A stretch of DNA of 62,287 nt, filler included, from Chiloscyllium plagiosum (Eukaryota), in assembly GCF_004010195.1 (NCBI RefSeq). It is 3 parts of one record of this genome, joined end to end, with 100 filler letters (N's around TTAATTAATTAA, not from the genome) between each part and the next. Parts side by side here need not be neighbours in the genome. Positions count along the whole stretch, not along the records: positions 1 to 26,598 come from NC_057716.1; 2 more parts are not named here. One strand, 5' to 3'. Shown here piece after piece: positions 1-12,196 of the stretch. Position 1 is the stretch's first letter. Each line of letters opens with the position of its first letter. Position numbers and translations under genes: made by a program. The notes under the pieces were generated by a model. It did not search any database. It was not told the DNA's origin and saw only the letters and a list, made by a program, of their open reading frames with translations.

Positions 1-540
1 TTGAGTGGCAATTGGATAGGTACATGGATGGGTGCTTAAGCTAGGACAAATGTTCAGCACAACATCGTGGGCCTAAGGGCCTGTTCTGTGCTGTATTGTT
101 CTATGTTCTATGGGGATACTAAGAGGAAAGGCTGAGGGAACTGAGGCTGTTTTCGTTGGAGAGAAGAAGGTTGAGAGGTGACTTAATAGAGACATATAAG
201 ATAATCAGAGGGTTAGATAGGGTGGACAGTGAGAGCCTTTTTCCTTGGATGGTGAAGGCTAACACGAGGGGTCACAGCTTTAAATTGAGGGGTGATAGAT
301 TTAGGACAGATACTCAGGGTAGTTTCTTCACTCAGAGAGTCGTAGGGGCATGGAATGGTCTGCGTGCAACAGTAGTAGACTCGCTGACATTAAGGACATT
401 TAAATGGGCATTGGACACACATATGGATAATAATGGAATGGTTTAGGTTAGATGGGCATCAGATTAATTTCACAGGTTGACACAACCTCAAGGGCCAAAG
501 GGCCTGTCCTGCACTGTAACATTCTGTGTTCTATGTTCTA
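1..540 (+). mobile_element. Two tandem 5'-truncated CR1 LINE 3' ends
   Basis: ORF2 C-terminus RRLRGDLIETYKI...FFTQRVVGAWN; gggcc-aagggcctgt hairpin and (ttctatg)n tails at about 110 and 540. Confidence 0.9.
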
Positions 541-832
541 AATCACTTCTTTACTTCCTTCCATACTCTATTCCTTTAGCAATAAATGCCAAGCTTCCAT
601 TTGCCATTCTTGTTACCTGCTGTTACCTGCATACTAGTTTTCCGTTATTCATGCACAGGGACACCCAGATCCCTCTGTACTGAAGTATTCTGAGGTTTCT
701 CTCCATTTCGATAATAAGTTACCTTTCTCTTCGTCTGACCAAAATGGAGAACCTCACACTTAAACCACACACGTTAAGCACCATCGACCACATTTTGGCC
801 CATTCACCTAATCTTAGTAAAATTCATATTTG

Positions 833-3800
833 TTGGATATTGGGGAAGGTGGGACTATTACAAAATGGATGGTCTACATCTGAACCAGACCGGAAGCAAT
901 GTCCTTGGGGGAGTTTTTGCTACTGATGTTGGGGAGGTTTTAAACTAATGTGGCAGGGGGCTGGGAGCCAGAAGAAAAGACAATTAGGCAGCGAGGTGGA
1001 GACTGGAGACTGTAAGAATTATGAAGATAGCATTAATAAAGGGAAGAATAGGCAGAGAGCAGATGAACGCAAAAGAACTGGTGGCCTGAAATGTATCTAC
1101 TTTAATGCAAGGAGTATAGTGTGTAAGGCAGATGAACTTAGGGTTTGGATTGGTGCCTGGGAGTATGACGTTATTGCAATCAGAGACTTGGCTGAAGGAA
1201 GGGCATGATGATTGGCAACTAAATGTTCCAAGTATGGGGACGGCAAACACGAGGGGACACAACTTTAAAGTGAGGGGAGATAGGTATAAGACAGATGTCA
1301 GAGGTAGTTTCTTTACTCAGAGAGTAGTAAGGGTATGGAATGCTTTGCCTGCAATGGTAGTAGATTCGCCAAGTTTAAGTGCATTTAAGTCGTCATTGGA
1401 CAGGCAAGTGGACATACATGGAAGAGTGTAGGTGGGATGGGCTTCAGATTAGTATAACAGGGTGGCGCAACATCAAGGGCCGAAGGGCCTGTACTGCGCT
1501 GTAATGTTCTATGTTCTATGATATAGACACTTCAGACAGGACAGGGAGGGAAGTAAAAGAGGGGGGGTGGAGTTGCATTGCTGGTCAGGGATGATATCAT
1601 GGCTGTGCTAAAGGAGGACACTATGGAGGTATTGGGTAGTGAGGCATTATGTGTTGGAGCTGAGAAATAAGAAGGGTGCAGTTACATTGTTGGAGCTGTA
1701 TTACAGACCACCCAACAGTGAGCGTGAGGTAGAGGAACAAATAGATAAACAGATTATGGAAAGATGTAGAGGCAACAGGGTAGTGGTGATGGGAGATTTT
1801 AATTTTCCCAACATCGACTGGGATACATTTAGCGTCGGAGGTCTGGATGGGGTAGAATTTGTAAGAAGCGCCCAGGAGAGTTTTCTAGAGCAGTATGTCA
1901 ATAGTCCAACAAGGGAAGGGGCCATATTGGACCTGGTCTATGGGAATGAGCCAGGACAAGTGGTAGAAGTTGCAGTGGGGGATTTCTTTGGGAGCAGTGA
2001 CCACAATTCTGTAAGTTTTAGAATACTCGAAGATAAAGAAGAGAGTGGTCCTAAGGAAAGAGTACTAAACTGGGCCAAGAGTAAGTATATCAAAATTAGG
2101 CAGGAGCTCGGAAATGTGGACTGGACAGAGCTATTTGAAAGGAAGTCCATATTTGAGATGTGGGAGGCTTTCAAAGATAGGTTAAAGATAGTGCAGGATA
2201 AGCATGTCCCATTGAAGGCAGAGGGTAGGAAGGGCAAGATTCGTGAACTGTGGATGACAGGAGAAATTGTACGACTAGCCAAGAGGAAAAGGGAAGCGTA
2301 CATAAGGTGCAGGCAGCTAAGAACAGAACAGGCCCTGGAGGAATATCGAGAGAGTAGGACGAGTCTTAAACAAGGAAACAAGCGAGCTAAAAGGGGTCAT
2401 GAAATAGCTTTAGCGAGCAGAATTAAGGAGAATCCCAAAGCATTTTATTCTTCTATAAGAAGTAAGCGGGTAACTAAAGGATTGGTCCACTAAAAGACAA
2501 TGAAAGAAGGCTGTGTGCTGAACCTGAGAGAATGGGTGAGATTCTGAATGATTACTTTGCATCAGTGTTCACTGAGGAGGGGAACATGATGAATCTTGAG
2601 ATTAGAGATAGAAGTTTGATTAGCCTGGATCATGTTGGCATAAGTAGGGAAGATGTGTTGGGTAGGCTAGAGGTTATTAAGGTGGACAAATCCCCAGGAC
2701 CGGGTGGGATCTATCCAAAGTTGCTGAGGGAGGCGAGAGAGGAAATAGCTGGGGCCCTGACAGATATCTTCGTGGCATCCTTAAATACAGGTGAGGTGCT
2801 GGAGGACTGGAAGGTTGCTCATGTTGTCCCCCCTGTACAAGAAGGGTAGTAGGGATATTCCGGGTAACTACAGACCAGTGAGCCTGACCTCGGTGGTGGG
2901 GGAGTTACTGGAGTGGGTACTGAGAGATAGGATCTATATATATTTGGAAAGGAATGAGCTTATCGGTGATGGGCAGCATGGTTTTGTGCTGCAGAGATCG
3001 TGCCTTACCAACTTAATAGAGTTATTCGAGGAAGTGACCAAGTTGATTGATGAAGGAAGGGCTGTTGATGTCATACACATTGACTTTAGTAAGGCGTTTG
3101 ATAAGGTTCCCCATTGTAGACTAATGGAGAAAGTGAAGTCACATGGTGTGCAGGGTGTTCTAGCAGGTGGATAAAGAACTGGTTGTGCAACAGGAGACAG
3201 AGAGTAGTAGTTGAAGGGGGTTTCTCGAAATGGAGAAAGGTGACCAGTGGTGTTCCACAGGGGTCAGTGTTGGGGCCACTGTTGTTTGTAATATACATAA
3301 ATGATCTGGAAGAGGGCACTGTTGGTCTGATCAGCAAGTTTGCAGATGACACGAAGATTGGTGGAGGAGCAGAAATCATAAGGGACTGTCAGAGAATACA
3401 GGAGGATATAGATAGACTGGAGAGTTGGGCGGTAAAGTGGCAGATAGTTTTCATTCCAGACAAATGTGAGGTGATGCATTTAGGCAAGTCTAATTCTAGA
3501 GCGAATTATACAATGAATGGAAGAGCCTTGGGAAAAGTTGATGGGCAGATAGATCTGGGAGTGCAGGTCCATTGTACCCTGAAGGTTGCTGCACAGGTGG
3601 ATAGAGTGGTCAAGAAGGCATATGATATGCTTGCCTTCATTGAACAGGGTATTGAGTATAAGAGCTGGCAAGTCATGTTAAAATGTACAAGACATTGATT
3701 CGACTGCATTTAGAATACTGTGTACAGTTCTGGTCGCCACATTACCAAAAGGATGGGGACGCTTTGGAGATGGTGCAGAGAAGGTTTACGAGGATGTTGC

Positions 3801-4260
3801 CTGGTATGGAAGGTGCTAGCTATGAAGAAAGGTTGAGTAGGTTAGGTTTGTTTTCATTAGAAAAAATGAGATTAAGGAGGGACTTGATTGAGGTTTACAA
3901 AATCATGAAGGGTGTAGACAGGGTGGATAGAGACAAGCTTTTTCCCAGGGTGAAGGATTCAATAACTAGAGGTCACGCTTTCAAGGTGAAAGGCGGAAAG
4001 TTTAAGGGGGATACACGCGGCAAGTACTTCACACAGAGGCTGGTGGGCAACTGGAACACGTTGCCAGCAGAGGTGGTAGAGGCAGGCACGGTGGATTCAT
4101 TTAAGATACGTCTGGACAGATGCATGAGTAAGTGGGGAACAGAAGGATGCAGATGCTTAGGAATTGACCAACAGGTTTAGACAGTACATTTGGATTGGCT
4201 CAGGCTTGGAGGGTCTGTTCCTGGGCTATACATTTTCTTTGTTCTTCTTTGTTCTTTGTT
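833..4260 (+). mobile_element. CR1 LINE: end of ORF1 plus frameshifted ORF2 (APE endonuclease and RT), with nested CR1 3' fragment at about 1232-1520
   Basis: [36 protein letters not shown] and KFADDTK motifs across ORFs 948-4180; (ttctttg)n tail. Confidence 0.95.
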
Positions 4261-4546
4261 CATTGCAACCTAGTTTGGTGTGATTTGCAAATTTGGCTGT
4301 TGAGCCTCCTATCCCTGCATCCAAGTTATTAATATTGATTGTAAATCATTGGGGCACAAGGACAAAATCCTGTGGCACCCCACTAGTCACATTTTACCAA
4401 ACAGAAAAAGATCCAGATATCCTGAATCTCTGCTTTCTATTGGTTAGCCAATCATCTAATATATTCCTAACCCGATGTGACTGTACCATTTGTATTAACC
4501 TTTTGTGCAGCACCTTATCAAATGCCTTCTGGAAGTGCAGGTACAC

Positions 4547-4721
4547 TACAAAACAACCTCGATTATCCGGACGAGACGAAGGGAGTACTTTGTTCAGATA
4601 ACTGAGTTTGGGTAACGGATTGTTCTGATAATGGATGGCATTTTTAACGGGAGCTTGAGATCTTATTTGGATAATCTTAAATTCAGATAATTGATGTTCA
4701 GATAATTAAGGTTATTCTGTA
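4547..4721. mobile_element. Tc1/mariner (Tigger-like) MITE inserted in an old CR1 fragment
   Basis: TA at both ends; imperfect TIRs tacaaaacaacctcgattatccg / revcomp tacagaataaccttaattatctg. Confidence 0.65.
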
Positions 4722-4824
4722 TATCTCCAGGATCCCCATTATCCACATTGCTTGTTACGCCTTTGAAGAACTCTAACAAATTAGTTAAACATTTGTTTAA
4801 TTTACCCTTCAAAGAAACATTTTA

Positions 4825-5415
4825 TATAGCCGTACAGGACGGAAACAGACCCTTCAGTCCAACTCGTCCATGCTGACTAAATACCCTAAATTAATCTAGT
4901 TACATTTGCCATCACTTGTCCCATATCCCACCAAACCCTTCCTATTCATATACCCATCCAAATGCTTTTTAAATGTTGTAATTGTACCAGCGTCCACCAC
5001 TTCCTCTGGCAGCTCATTCCATACACGTACCATCCTCTGCGTGAAAAAGTTGCCCCTTAGGTCTTTTTTATATCTTTCCCCTCTCACCCTAAACCTATGC
5101 CCTCTAATTCTGGACTTCCCCACCCCAGGGAAAAGACTTTTCTATTTACCCTATCCATGCCCCTCGTGATTTTATAAACCTCTATGAAGTCACCCCTCGG
5201 CCTCTGATGCTCCAGGGAAAACCCTCCAATCCTGGCAACATCCTTGGAAATCTTTTCTGAACCCTTTGAAGTTTAATACCTTTCTGATAGGAAGGAGACC
5301 AAAATTGCACGCAATATTCCAACAGTGGCCTAACCAATGTCCTGTACAGCCACAACATGACCTCCCAACTCCTGTACTCAATACTCTGACCAATAAAGGA
5401 AAGCATACCAAATGT
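4825..5415 (-). mobile_element. CR1 LINE 3' end
   Basis: [13 protein letters not shown] and NFFTQRMVRVWNELP on the minus strand. Confidence 0.9.
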
Positions 5416-6248
5416 TACCAAATGTCATCCAAACCTGGTAAAGCAACAACATGAGTTAAAATCTTTCATCTTTGTTTACAAATTCCTCTGTGGCCTCACC
5501 CTTCCCTGTCTCTGTAATCCCCTTTTGCCCTATAACCTCCGCTGATTCTGGTTCTCTAACACTTCCTGATATTAATCACTTTGTCATTAGTTGCATGGAC
5601 CTAAGTTATAGAATTCTCTCTCAATCCTCTCCACCTCCCTATCCTCATCCGATCAGAGTGAACCACGCAGTCCGAGTGAGGGAGACTTCACCAGAGTAAG
5701 CCTGAGACAGAGTGAGTATCCAGATATTTGGGTCAAATTGAGGAACGAGTAGGAAAATTGTTTGCAAATTTACTTTAACCAGATGGGAAGACTGGCGTAT
5801 GAAGAGAAACTGTATCAGTTACGACTATATTCACTGGAGTTTAAAAAAATGATGGGCGGGGGGAGACCTATAAAATACTAACATAACAAAACAGAGTAAA
5901 TGCAGGAAGGACGTTGGTGATGACTGAGGAGTACAGAACTAGGGTATCATAGCTTAACGCCATGGGGTTGGCCATTTAGGAATCAGATGAGGAGAAGTGT
6001 CTTCACTCAGAGAGTAGCAAATTTGTGGGATTCTCTGTCATAGAAAGCCATTGAGGTCAAACACTGAATGTTTACAAGGTGGAATTAAATATCATTATAA
6101 CGTCTAAAGGGAGCAAAGGGCATGGGGGGAAAGTGGGATATTGAAGAGAAAAAGACAAGAAAGAAAAGGAGGTGGACATGTTCTAATAAATGATGGGATC
6201 AGAATATTCATAAGGGAGGTCTCAATGGCCCGGTCGGGTGTGTCCCTG

Positions 6249-6266
6249 CACTGCCCTCTAGTGGCC
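6249..6266 (-). promoter_or_regulatory. Candidate CTCF binding site
   Basis: Reverse complement GGCCACTAGAGGGCAGTG closely matches the CTCF core consensus and lies in a short non-repeat island. Confidence 0.6.
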
Positions 6267-6551
6267 TGGTTGGGGTGTGGTTTAACCAGAGCTTTGGACA
6301 GCTGAACATATTCGATCCCCTTGTATTCTGGGCATCTGGATATGAAGACCAGTGTTCCTTTAGCCCCGGAAGATTGTTTTCTGATTCTGTTTGGAATCTG
6401 CCCTGCGCTGCTCTTACTCTGTTAATGGACAGGAAGAAATCATCCCCTCTTGAGGACAGGGGGTTCGAGAACAAGGACAAAACCTGAACATTCAGGTCAG
6501 GGTCAGGTGTTAAGTCAGAAAATACTTCCCCACACAAACAGGAGTGCATTT

Positions 6552-7072
6552 ACATAGAACATAGAAGAATACAGCGCAGTACAGGCCCTTCGGCCCTCGA
6601 TGTTGCGCCGATCCAAGCCTACCTAACCTACACTAGCCCACTATCCTCCATATGCCTATCCAATGCCCACTTAAATGCCCATAATGAGGGAGAGTCCACC
6701 ACTGCTACTGGCAGGGCATTCCATGAACTCACAACTCGCTGAGTAAAGAACCTACCCCTAACATCTGTCCTATACCTACCCCCCCTTAATTTAAAGCTAT
6801 GCCCCCTTGTAATAGCTGACTCCATACGTGGAAAAAGATTCTCACTGTCGACCCTATCTAAACCCCTAATCATCTTGTACGCCTCTATCAAGTCACCCCA
6901 AACCTTCTTTTCTCCAATGAAAACAACCCCAAGTGCCTCAGCCTTTCCTCATACGATCTTTCTACCATACCAGGCAACATCCTGGTAAACCTCCTCTGCA
7001 CCCGTTCCAGTGCCTCCACATCCTTCCTATAGTATGGCGACCAAAACTGCACACAATACTCCAGATGCGGCC
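6552..7072 (-). mobile_element. Young CR1 LINE 3' end
   Basis: [12 protein letters not shown]...FFTQRVVSSWNALP; (catagaa)n tail; nearly identical to 59575-59940. Confidence 0.92.
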
Positions 7073-7144
7073 AAATAATGGAAGGGTTCCAGTCAAGATT
7101 ATGAATGCAGTCAAGATTCAGATCAACCAATACCAATCAATAGT

Positions 7145-7480
7145 GGGGCAGGGTGGCTCAATGGTCAACACTGCTACCTCACAGCACCAGGGACCACCCT
7201 CAGGCAACTGGCTGTGTGGAGTTTGCACATTCTCCCTGTGTTTCCCCTGGGTGCTCCAGTTTCCTCCCAGTCTAAAGATATGGAGGTTAGGTGAATTGGC
7301 CATGATAAATTACACATAGTGTTCAGAGATGTGTAAGGCTAGGTGCATTAGTCAGGGGTAAATGTAGAGTAATAGGGTAGGGGAATTGGTCTGGATGGGT
7401 TACTCCTCGGAGGGTCGATGTGGACTTGTTGGGCCGAAGGGCCTGTTTCCACACTGGAGGGATTCTATAATCGCAATCTA
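7145..7480 (+). mobile_element. HE1-type tRNA-derived SINE
   Basis: tRNA-like head, core tgtgtggagtttgcacattctccc, CR1-derived tail gggccgaagggcctgtttcc. Confidence 0.85.
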
Positions 7481-7589
7481 ACTGAATGCTGGAACAGTCT
7501 TGAGGGGCTGAATGACCTTCTCTTTATTCCATCTTGTTATATCACCTCACATTCACTGCAAACTCAGATCCTTTGAAACAGAGATTGGG

Positions 7590-7680
7590 GTCTGGGAGGG
7601 GTATAGGTTCTGTGAGAGGGTATAGGTTCTGTGAGAGGGTACGAGTCTGTGAGGGGGTTCAGGCTCTGTGAGGGTGTATT
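7590..7680. repeat. Short degenerate ~20-bp tandem repeat
   Basis: gggtataggttctgtgaga(g) units. Confidence 0.7.
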
Positions 7681-7845
7681 GGCACCATGAAATGCAGTTC
7701 GTTCTAAACCAAGTCACTGCGTTATGACTCCCATTCCCTACAAACACTGCTCTGTCTTGCTGAATGTGTAGCAACCTCTCTGTTCCTAATGAAGACTGAA
7801 GCCTGCAGAGCTGCAATGATTTTTTTTTGTAAGTCAGTATCTCAC

Positions 7846-8586
7846 CGAGTCACTACTGCAATGATACATCCCCACGCTCCTGGGATTAAAGCTGGATATT
7901 TTCAAACTGTCTTGTGACTGACTTGTGACTGGATCATCAAACTCATCATGATCATAATCTGACTCAACGTCAGGGGGAAGATTGTAAATTGGTTCTTCAA
8001 TGTCAGTTGTGTAGAGAGAGGCAGACCCAGTGTTTGCAATTTCCTCACTCTCCCACTTCAGACTCTGTTTCCTGCTTCCCCCATCCTGGGAAGTATCTCT
8101 CTCCTCTGGTGTTTCACTGGATAAAGGTAAGTTCATGTACACATTATCCTGCACTTCACTCGCTGATCCATCAGTCTGACCTGTACAGGTCACTGTTGAC
8201 ATCTCCTCAGCAGTTTGAAATTCCTTGTCCAGCTCTTGCTCAGGATACTGCCCAGAGGAGCTATTGCTGTGGAGATTGTCCCTACTGGATAGACTCCGGC
8301 CACTCTCATCCAACCCTCCAAAGTTCAGCAGCTCCAAGAATTCCTGTGCCACCCTGGAGGCTTCCTTCTCTAAGCGTCTTATCTCCTCCTTACGCTGGCT
8401 CTCCATCTCCCTCAGGGATAGAGCACAGATGGGACTCCCACAGCTCAATCCCCTCCCATTCTGCAACCGTTGGATTTCATGCTCGAGACGCACTATCTCC
8501 TGAATCTGTTTCCTTTCTGCCTGTGCCAAATCCGACAGCTCCTCGACATCATTCTCCTCCTCCACCAACACAATCCCTTCATTCAG
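7846..8586 (-). CDS. MYO10-like: Myosin-X-like gene, large exon (antiparallel coiled-coil and PEST region)
   Basis: tcctttcttcag|CTGAAT...GACTCG|gtgaga, 741 nt open. Contains KQIQEIVRLEHEIQRLQ, EIRRLEKEASRVAQEFLELLNF, SDYDHDEFDD and RSVGMY, matching MYO10 KQVEEILRLEKEIEDLQ, ELRRLEEEACRAAQEFLESLNF and DYDYDQDDYED. Confidence 0.92.
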
Positions 8587-9907
8587 CTGAAGAAAGGACA
8601 CAAAACACAACATTAATAATCCAGTTTGCAAAACCTTCCAACTGCAATATTGAGCTCAGTGCACAGACCTGGACCAGGAGCGTGTGAAGGTGATGGCGGG
8701 GGTGGAGATCCAGTGAGAATCCCACATCATCACTTCTCAGGAAGGTCCATTACATCAAGTGTTGCCCGGTTAGTTGATCAGACTGGGGCGAATCCCCTGC
8801 CCCTTTTGGAACAATCCAAGGCTAGCAGCTCGACTGAAAATCAGCATCATAGAGAAGGCATGGTAGCTGCCAGTGCAGCACCCACCCTGAGTCTCAGCAT
8901 CACAGAGGGGGGAGGTTTTAAAAAATTCAAGAGATTTGGGTGCTGCTGGCTTGGTCAGCATTTATTACCTGCCCATAGTTACACCGAAACACAGAAAATA
9001 GGAGAAGTAGGAGGCCATTCGGCCCTTCAGGTCTGCTCTACCATTCTGTATGATTATGGCTGTTAATCTAATGCAAGCCCCTGTTCTCACTTTCTCCCTA
9101 AACTCTTCGATCCCTTTAGCCATAAGAACTATATCAAATTCTTTCTTGAAAACATTCAATGTTTTCACCTCAACCATTTTCTGTGACAGTGAATTCCACA
9201 GGCTCCCCAGTCTCTTGGTAAGAAAGTTCTCCTCATCTCTGTTCTAAATAGCTTATCTCATATCCTGAAACTGTGACCCCTGGTTCTGTACCTCGCATCT
9301 CCTACTGGAGCCATTGTAGAGAGCAGTTAAGAGTCAAAAACATCTGCCAGACCAGGTAAGGATGGCCTATTTCCTTCCCCAAAGTACATTAGGTGAACCA
9401 GGTGGGGTTTTAAAATAATGATAGTTTTATGGTTACCATTATTAAGGCTAGCTTTCAATTCCAGATTTATTAATTGAATCTAAATTCCACCAGCTGGTAT
9501 GGTTAGTATTTGAACCCCGGGACATTAACCAAGGGTTCTGGATGACTAGTTTAGTGACAATACCTCTACATCACTAAGTGCCTAAAGATTATAGGGAGTT
9601 AATTGGTAAGTCAACACAAGGGAGAGGGTGGACCAAGAGCACTGAAGACTAGAAGGGAGGGTGAAGGGAAAGAGAGTTGGGTAGGGCAGAGGAAGTGTCA
9701 GAAAGAGAGAAGCTCGCGGGGCCAGAGACATGTTTATGGGCAAGGGGAAGGGGGAGGCCAGGGAGAGGAGAGGAGATCAGGAAGAGAAGGGGTCAGGTAA
9801 GAGTATGGTCTGTGCACTTCCTAATCAATCTCTAATTACCATCAAACAGGCAAAAGACCACATTGAGATGGTGCATCTAGAGGAATGAGAAGCAGACAGC
9901 CCGTTAC

Positions 9908-9947
9908 CTGGTTGGGTGATAATGGTACTTCCTGCCTTTCATGACAT
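9908..9947 (-). CDS. MYO10-like: Myosin-X-like gene, 40-nt micro-exon
   Basis: Strong polypyrimidine acceptor tttttccttttctttccatgcag| and donor CAG|gtaacg. The 40 nt read (R)CHERQEVPLSPNQ and exactly bridge the phase-2 end of the upstream exon to the phase-0 start of the downstream exon. Confidence 0.75.
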
Positions 9948-11379
9948 CTGCATGGAAAGAAAAGGAAAAATTTATTGTAAGAAAGAACAAGATTCCAACC
10001 CCATATCTGTCCTTTCACTGAGACGGCCTGTGGTAACCGCTGAAACATCACCTGACGCTGCCCCATCTCATCTTCATCCATTGCTGAAGCCCCTATCTCA
10101 CCTTCATTCCCATCAGTCACTTTGCAACTCACTCCTGGCTGCTCTTTAATTCACCTGTAAACTCAAGATCATCCAAATCTCTACTGCCCTCATCTTAATT
10201 CACATTAACTCTTATTTCTCTGTCACTAGTTGATCTACATTGACCCTTGGTAATACAATAGCTTGGTTTTGAAATTCTCAACCTCGTATACCTCACCCCT
10301 CCCTATCTCTGTGATCACCTGCACCACAATCTCCAAAGTACATGATATAGTCAAGCAGAAGCAGCATGGCTTCATGAAGGGAAACTATTGCCTGACACAT
10401 TTGTTAGAATTTTGTTAAGATCACAAGCAGGGTATGATAAAGGGGAAATAGTCAATGTACTTGCTAGTAATTTTCAGAAGATGCTTGATAAGATATCATA
10501 CATTAGTTTTCTTAAGGGCCCATGGTGTCAAAGGTCGTGTGTTAGTATGGATAGAGGATTGACTAACTAATAGCAGACAGATTTGAAATAAGGGGGGCAT
10601 TTTTAGGATGGCAACCTGTAAGTAATGGAGGGCCAGAGGAATCATTGCTGGGGCCATGATTATGGTTAAGCAAGTGGGCAGAAACTTGACAAATGGTGTA
10701 TAATGTGGAGAAATGTAAAATAATGCACATTGGCAGGAAGTTTAGAGGAGGTGAATATTATTTAAATGATGAAAGACTGCAGAAAGCTAGAGCACAGCGT
10801 GATACTGATTCCTCATGCATAAATCAGAAAAACCTAGCTGACAATAGTGGGCAACAGACAAGGCACATGGAATGCTGGCTTTTAATTCAAAAGAAACGGA
10901 GTACAGAAGCTGCACGGTTTTGCTAAAACTGTCCTCGCACTAGTCAGTCCACAGCTGGAATACAACAAATGGTTTTGGGCCCCTTACCTCAGGAAAGATT
11001 TACTAACGTTGAAAGGCTGAGCATTGATAGGCTGAAGGATCTTCTGCTCCGACATTGTTTTGGTCCTATCGCTACACTCCACCGATGTCAGTATCTTAAA
11101 TATTCCCCAATTCCGGCTGCTCCACCATTTGGAGGCCATCCCTTCAGCTACCCTGGCCCAGAGCTCAGGAATTCCCTCCCTTAACCCCTCCACCTTGACC
11201 TCTCTTTCCCCTTTAAAACACTCCTTAGAACCAACCTCTGTGACCAAGCATTGAGTATTCTTGTTGTTCAGCATCAAATTTTGTTGATAATGTTGGTATG
11301 AAGTACCTTGTGTTATTCTTCCTGTTCTCAATGGGCTGTATTACATTGTAGTGTGTTTGAACAGCAGGAAACTCCATAC

Positions 11380-11682
11380 CTTACTTCATCCACTTGCTGC
11401 AAGTTCTCCTCCTCGGCCAGCTGCCCTTGGTTCTCCTCTTGCCAGTCCAGTCTGTTCTCCTCATCTCTCCTTCTCTGTTCTTCCAGTTCTTGCTGTTGCT
11501 CCTCTAACAGCTGCTTTTTTGCTTTCAGCTGCAGGAACACACGGCGTGCGAGCTGCCCTCTGCGATGTTTCTGGAAAACAATTGCTGCTGAGCGCAAACG
11601 TAAGAAGACTTTTCTCCAGAAGTGAGCTCGGTAATTCTTCTGAATGATCAGTAAGCTTGCCAGAACCTTGCGGTAGTGTCTC
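11380..11682 (-). CDS. MYO10-like: Myosin-X-like gene, exon encoding IQ2, IQ3 and start of SAH region
   Basis: ctgtag|G AGA CAC TAC... Translates RHYRKVLASLLIIQKNYRAHFWRKVFLRLRSAAIVFQKHRRGQLARRVFLQLKAKKQLLEEQQQELEEQRRRDEE...QQVDEV(R). Donor AG|gtatgg is phase 2; an alternative donor GAA|gtaagg ends the exon at 11385. Confidence 0.92.
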
Positions 11683-12196
11683 CTACAGCCCAGACAGGAG
11701 AGAGACAAGACACTGACAGGAGACAGTGCAATGAGACACTTGCACATTGATTTACACCTTTTCACAGCACGTGGGTGGTAGCTCCCTGGGCCAACATTTG
11801 TTGCCCATCCCTAATTGCCCCGAGGGTAGTTCAGAATCACTCACATTATTGTGGGGCTGGAGTCACATGTAGGCCAGATCGGTTACGGATATCGGTGAAC
11901 CGGACAGGTTTATAGACGTCAGTGGAAGTTTTATCGTCACTATCACAGAGATGACTTTCACAGGCATTTCCTAAACAACCTGTTCACAGATGCTATGACA
12001 CACTTCTGCGGCAGGTAAAACTAAACCATAGGGCACTGGGCCAAAGAGAGGGACACTATCAGTACAGCAAACGTGAGCTCTGTGATGACCATTTCATTCC
12101 ACATTTATTAGTTCAAATAGCAGCCACAGTCAGATTTGATTTAATTTCACAAAAGTAGGAGCCTGGCCCTCTGGATATTGCTCTAACAACAGACCA

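Noticed and set aside
1639..4180. Active autonomous LINE
   Set aside because: ORF2 is broken by several frameshifts and a nested insertion. No intact autonomous element is present in the window.
7989..9066. Plus-strand ORFs antisense to the myosin exon
   Set aside because: No recognisable domains; shadow ORFs of the coding exon and adjacent repeat.
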